Shown here one piece after another: positions 59,987-64,000 of a stretch of DNA of 64,000 nt. The position numbers and the translations under genes were made by a program. The stretch comes from the human T2T-CHM13v2.0 reference genome, Homo sapiens. Within the stretch, counting starts at the first letter, position 1, and the number at the start of each line of letters is the position of its first letter. The notes beneath the pieces are model-generated. The model was not told the DNA's origin. It saw only the letters and a list, made by a program, of their open reading frames with translations, and did not search any database. The stretch lies in NCBI RefSeq assembly GCF_009914755.1, contig NC_060939.1. One strand, written 5' to 3'.

Positions 59987-62821
59987 TATATGTATATATA
60001 TGTATACACATATACACGTACACATATACACGTGTATATGTAGATACACATATACACGTGTATATGTGTATCTACATATACACGTGTATATGTGTATCTA
60101 CATATACACGTGTATATGTGTATCTACGGGTGTGTATATATGTATCTACGGGTGTGTATATAGGTATCTACGGCTGTGTATATATTTATATACGTGTGTG
60201 TATATACATACGTACGTATGTACGTATGCGTATGTACGTATGCGTATATACGTATATACATACGTATGCGTACATACACATGCGTATATGCGTATATACA
60301 TACATACGTATGCGTACATACGTATGCGTATATGCATATATACATACATACGTATGCGTACATACGTATGCGTATATGCGTATGTACACACATACGTATG
60401 CGTATATGCGTATGTACACACATACGTATGCGTATATGCGTATGTACACACATACGTATGCGTATATGCGTATGTACACACATACGTATGCGTATATGCG
60501 TATGTACACACATACGTATGCGTATATGCGTATGTACACACATACGTATGCGTATATGCGTATGTACACACATACGTATGCGTATATGCGTATGTACACA
60601 CATACGTATGCGTACATGCGTATGCGTATATGCGTATGTACACACATACGTATGCGTACATGCGTATGCGTATATGCGTATGTACACACATACGTATGCG
60701 TACATACGTATGCGTATATGCGTATGTACATACATACGTAGGCGTATATTTGTATATGTATGTATACACGCATATGTGTATATACGCATATGCGTATATA
60801 CATATATATGTATACACATATGCGTATATATACACATATATGTATACACATACATATGCGTATATACACATATATGTATACACATACATATGCGTATATA
60901 CATATATGTATACACATGCATATGTGTATATATTTATGAACATATATATGTATATACACATATGCGTATATACATATATGTATACACATATGTATATATT
61001 TATGTACACATATATGTATACACATACATATGTGTATATATTTATGTACACATATATGTATACACATACATATGTGTATATATTTACACATGTGTACACA
61101 TACATATATGTGTATATATTTACACACACATATGTATACACATACATATGTGTATATATTTATGCACACATATGTATACACATACGTATGTGTATATATT
61201 GCACACATATGTATACACATACATATGTGTATATATTTATGCACACATATGTGTATATGTTTATATACACATGTATACACATACATATGTGTATATGTTT
61301 ATATACACGTGTATACACATACATATGTGTATATGTTTATATACACGTGTATACACATACATATGTGTATATATTTATATACACGTGTATACACATACAT
61401 ATGTGTATATATTTATATACACACATATATACACATACATATGTGTATATATTTATATACACATATGTATACACATGTATATATACACGTATACGTATAC
61501 ACATACATATGTATATATACGTATATGTATACACATAAATATGTATATTTATATTCGTATATGTATACACATACATATGCACCTATGTTTATATACGTAT
61601 ATGTATACACATACATATGCACCTATGTTTATATACGTATATGTATACACATACATATGCACCTATGTTTATATTCGTATATGTATACACATACATATGC
61701 ACCTATGTTTATATACGTATATGTATACACATACATATGCACCTATGTTTATATACGTATATGTATACACATACATATGCACCTATGTTTATAAACGTAT
61801 ATGTATACACATACATATCCACCTATGTTTATATACGTATATGTATACACATACATATGCACCTATGTTTATAGTCGTATATGTATACACATACATATGC
61901 ACCTATGTTTATATTCGTATATTTATACACATACATATGCACGTATGTTTATATGCGTATATGTATACACATATGCACCTATGTTTATATACGTATATGT
62001 ATACACATACATATGCACCTATGTTTATATACGTATATGTATACACATACATATGCACCTATGTTTATATACGTATATGTATACACATACATATGCACCT
62101 GTTTATATACGTATATGTATACACATATGCACCTGTTTATATACGTATATGTATACACATACATATGCACCTATGTTTATATACGTATATGTATACACAT
62201 ACATATGTACCTGTTTACGTATATGTATACACATACATATGTACCTATGTTTATATATGTATATGTATACACATGTGTATATATTTATACACACATGTTT
62301 GTATATTTATACACATGTATAGATTTACACACACATATGTATGTATATATTTATACATATGTGTATATACATATGTATGTATATACACACATATGTATAT
62401 ATACATATGTGTATGTACGTATATACACATATGTATATATTTATATACATATATGTACATATATTTACATACATATGTGTAGATATTTACATACATATAT
62501 ATATATTTACATACATATGTATATGTATTTATATACATGTGTGTATATATTTATATATACACATATATGTATATGTATTTATATACATATATGTATATAT
62601 ACATACATGTATGTATTTATATATGTATACGTATATGTATATATTTATATACATACATGTATATATTTATATATGTATACATATGTGTATATATACGTAT
62701 ATGTACATATACGTATATAGACATATACATATGTACATGTATATATACATATACATATACATATACATATGTATATGTAAATGTGTATATACATATGTAT
62801 GTGTATACATATATAAATATA

Positions 62822-62854
<33 letters not shown>

Positions 62855-62860
62855 CTATAT
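59987..62860. repeat. 2.9-kb (RY)n compound micro/minisatellite with 26-, 30-, 44- and 40-bp sub-arrays
   Basis: Eight perfect copies of CATACGTATGCGTATATGCGTATGTACACA at 60361-60600. 40-bp unit atgtatacacatacatatgcacctatgtttatatacgtat from 61561. Degenerate TA/CA/TG flanks. Confidence 0.98.
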
Positions 62861-63339
62861 AGACAAAAGAGTACCTTTGAAGGCTTTGGAAGGTGAAACC
62901 TAGTCAATGGCTTCATTGGAGCACATACCTACATTTCTGATTGCTCCCCCCCCAGCCAAAAATATTGATTAGCTATGATTTCACGTTTAAACAGGGCAAT
63001 AGAGAAAATGGAAATGTTTTCTAGTTTCAAAAAACTTGTCTCCCTGGAGTGTCAAGCTTCATCTTCATGAAAAGATTATTAGTGGTAACCTCTTCGGAGC
63101 AGAGAGGATTTTAAAGGCAGATGAGGTCTGTGTAGGCTGAGAGTGGGGAGGAAAAATGTGACTTGAGTCTGGAAGAATGGGAGGGACTGGCAAAGGCTTG
63201 GGGAGAGGTCGTCACTTTTATCTCTGTTCCTCTCACATTGTGTAGCCTCTTGGAACTTTGCTGAAGGACCCTTTGCAATGCTACACATATTAGGAATGGA
63301 CACTGAAACCGTCACCTACAGGAAATGAGGTGTCAGAGA

Positions 63340-63570
63340 CTGAAGGACAGGTGGCTTAAAGGTCAAGTATTTGGAGCTGAGCCAATGGTCCTGAATCTCA
63401 GCTCTACTATGTAGTAATTGTGTGTCACTGGGAAAGTTACTTAAGCTTTCTGTGCCTCAGTTTATTCGTCAGTGAATGAGTCGTCTAATAGTACCTACCT
63501 TATAGAGTTATGAGGATTATAGGATAGTATTTCTAAAGTGCTTAGTACCTGATACCTGAAGCACCATAGC
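63340..63570 (+). mobile_element. MIR
   Basis: ctgaatctcagctctac...gggaaagttacttaagctttctgtgcctcagttt...tagtacctaccttatagagtt. Confidence 0.8.
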
Positions 63571-64000
63571 CTCCCCTTAAGGAGTAGCTGCAGTGGCTGA
63601 TGCTCTTGTTGTTTGGAAATATTGATGGTGGAGAGACTCATTTAACTTTAATGCCATATAATGTGTCATGTTTACCTCCCTTAATAGAACCTAATAATTG
63701 CTTCATATTTAAAAACTCATTTGCAGTATTTTAGCTCAGTGGGAAGATTGATTTGGATGTTTTTAATCATTCTAAGCCTTTGTTCTAGCCGAGGCTCTAT
63801 GAAATGGGTTGCAAAATCCACAGACTGAGAAATGATAGAAAACTAGGGAAAGTTCATTTGGGAATTATCAATTTAAGCTGTCACATGATAATGTCCACTT
63901 CATTGCGCTGACACTGGCATTGATGGAATCCAAGTGGTGGAGAAAAATCGATTTAACCTTTTTAAAAGATGATGGTTTTAATATTGATAAGTGTTCTTTA

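Noticed and set aside
60361-62250. 30- and 40-bp repeats resembling a CRISPR array
   Set aside because: Units are head-to-tail with no unique spacers, there are no cas genes, and the context is human.
60000-62916. ORFs up to 768 aa rich in Y, I, H, T, M, C and V
   Set aside because: All three stop codons contain two adjacent purines, which RY-alternating DNA almost never has. Long ORFs appear in all frames on both strands and are artefacts.

Overview
Human genomic DNA. The species call rests on a full-length AluYb8, a human-specific subfamily, at 18585-18900. Bases 1 to about 41 kb are mostly nested transposon remnants: about 12 L1 pieces from L1M/L1ME to L1PA3/4 age, Alus of several subfamilies, a near-complete Charlie3 (MER1-family hAT) fossil, three solo LTRs and MIR/L2/MER fragments. 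A CpG-island promoter lies at about 47.9-49.3 kb with a probable + strand first exon (donors at 48714 and 48768). I could not identify the gene. The rest reads as intronic and contains a sense-oriented MER4E-like LTR and a 2.9-kb purine/pyrimidine-alternating compound minisatellite (59987-62860), which explains all the long ORFs there. I can support no intact, recognisable protein-coding exon, RNA gene or CRISPR array, and no new biological system is demonstrated. The best leads are: (1) a candidate divergent (- strand) four-exon transcript with a continuous 95-codon spliced ORF from the CpG island; (2) two inverted L1PA3-like copies sharing non-consensus bases; (3) a very young AluYb8 forming a close inverted Alu pair; (4) several template-switch micro-rearrangements; (5) the layered RY array. 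Repeat family names come from my recall of consensus sequences, not from a database search, and boundaries without a stated TSD are approximate.
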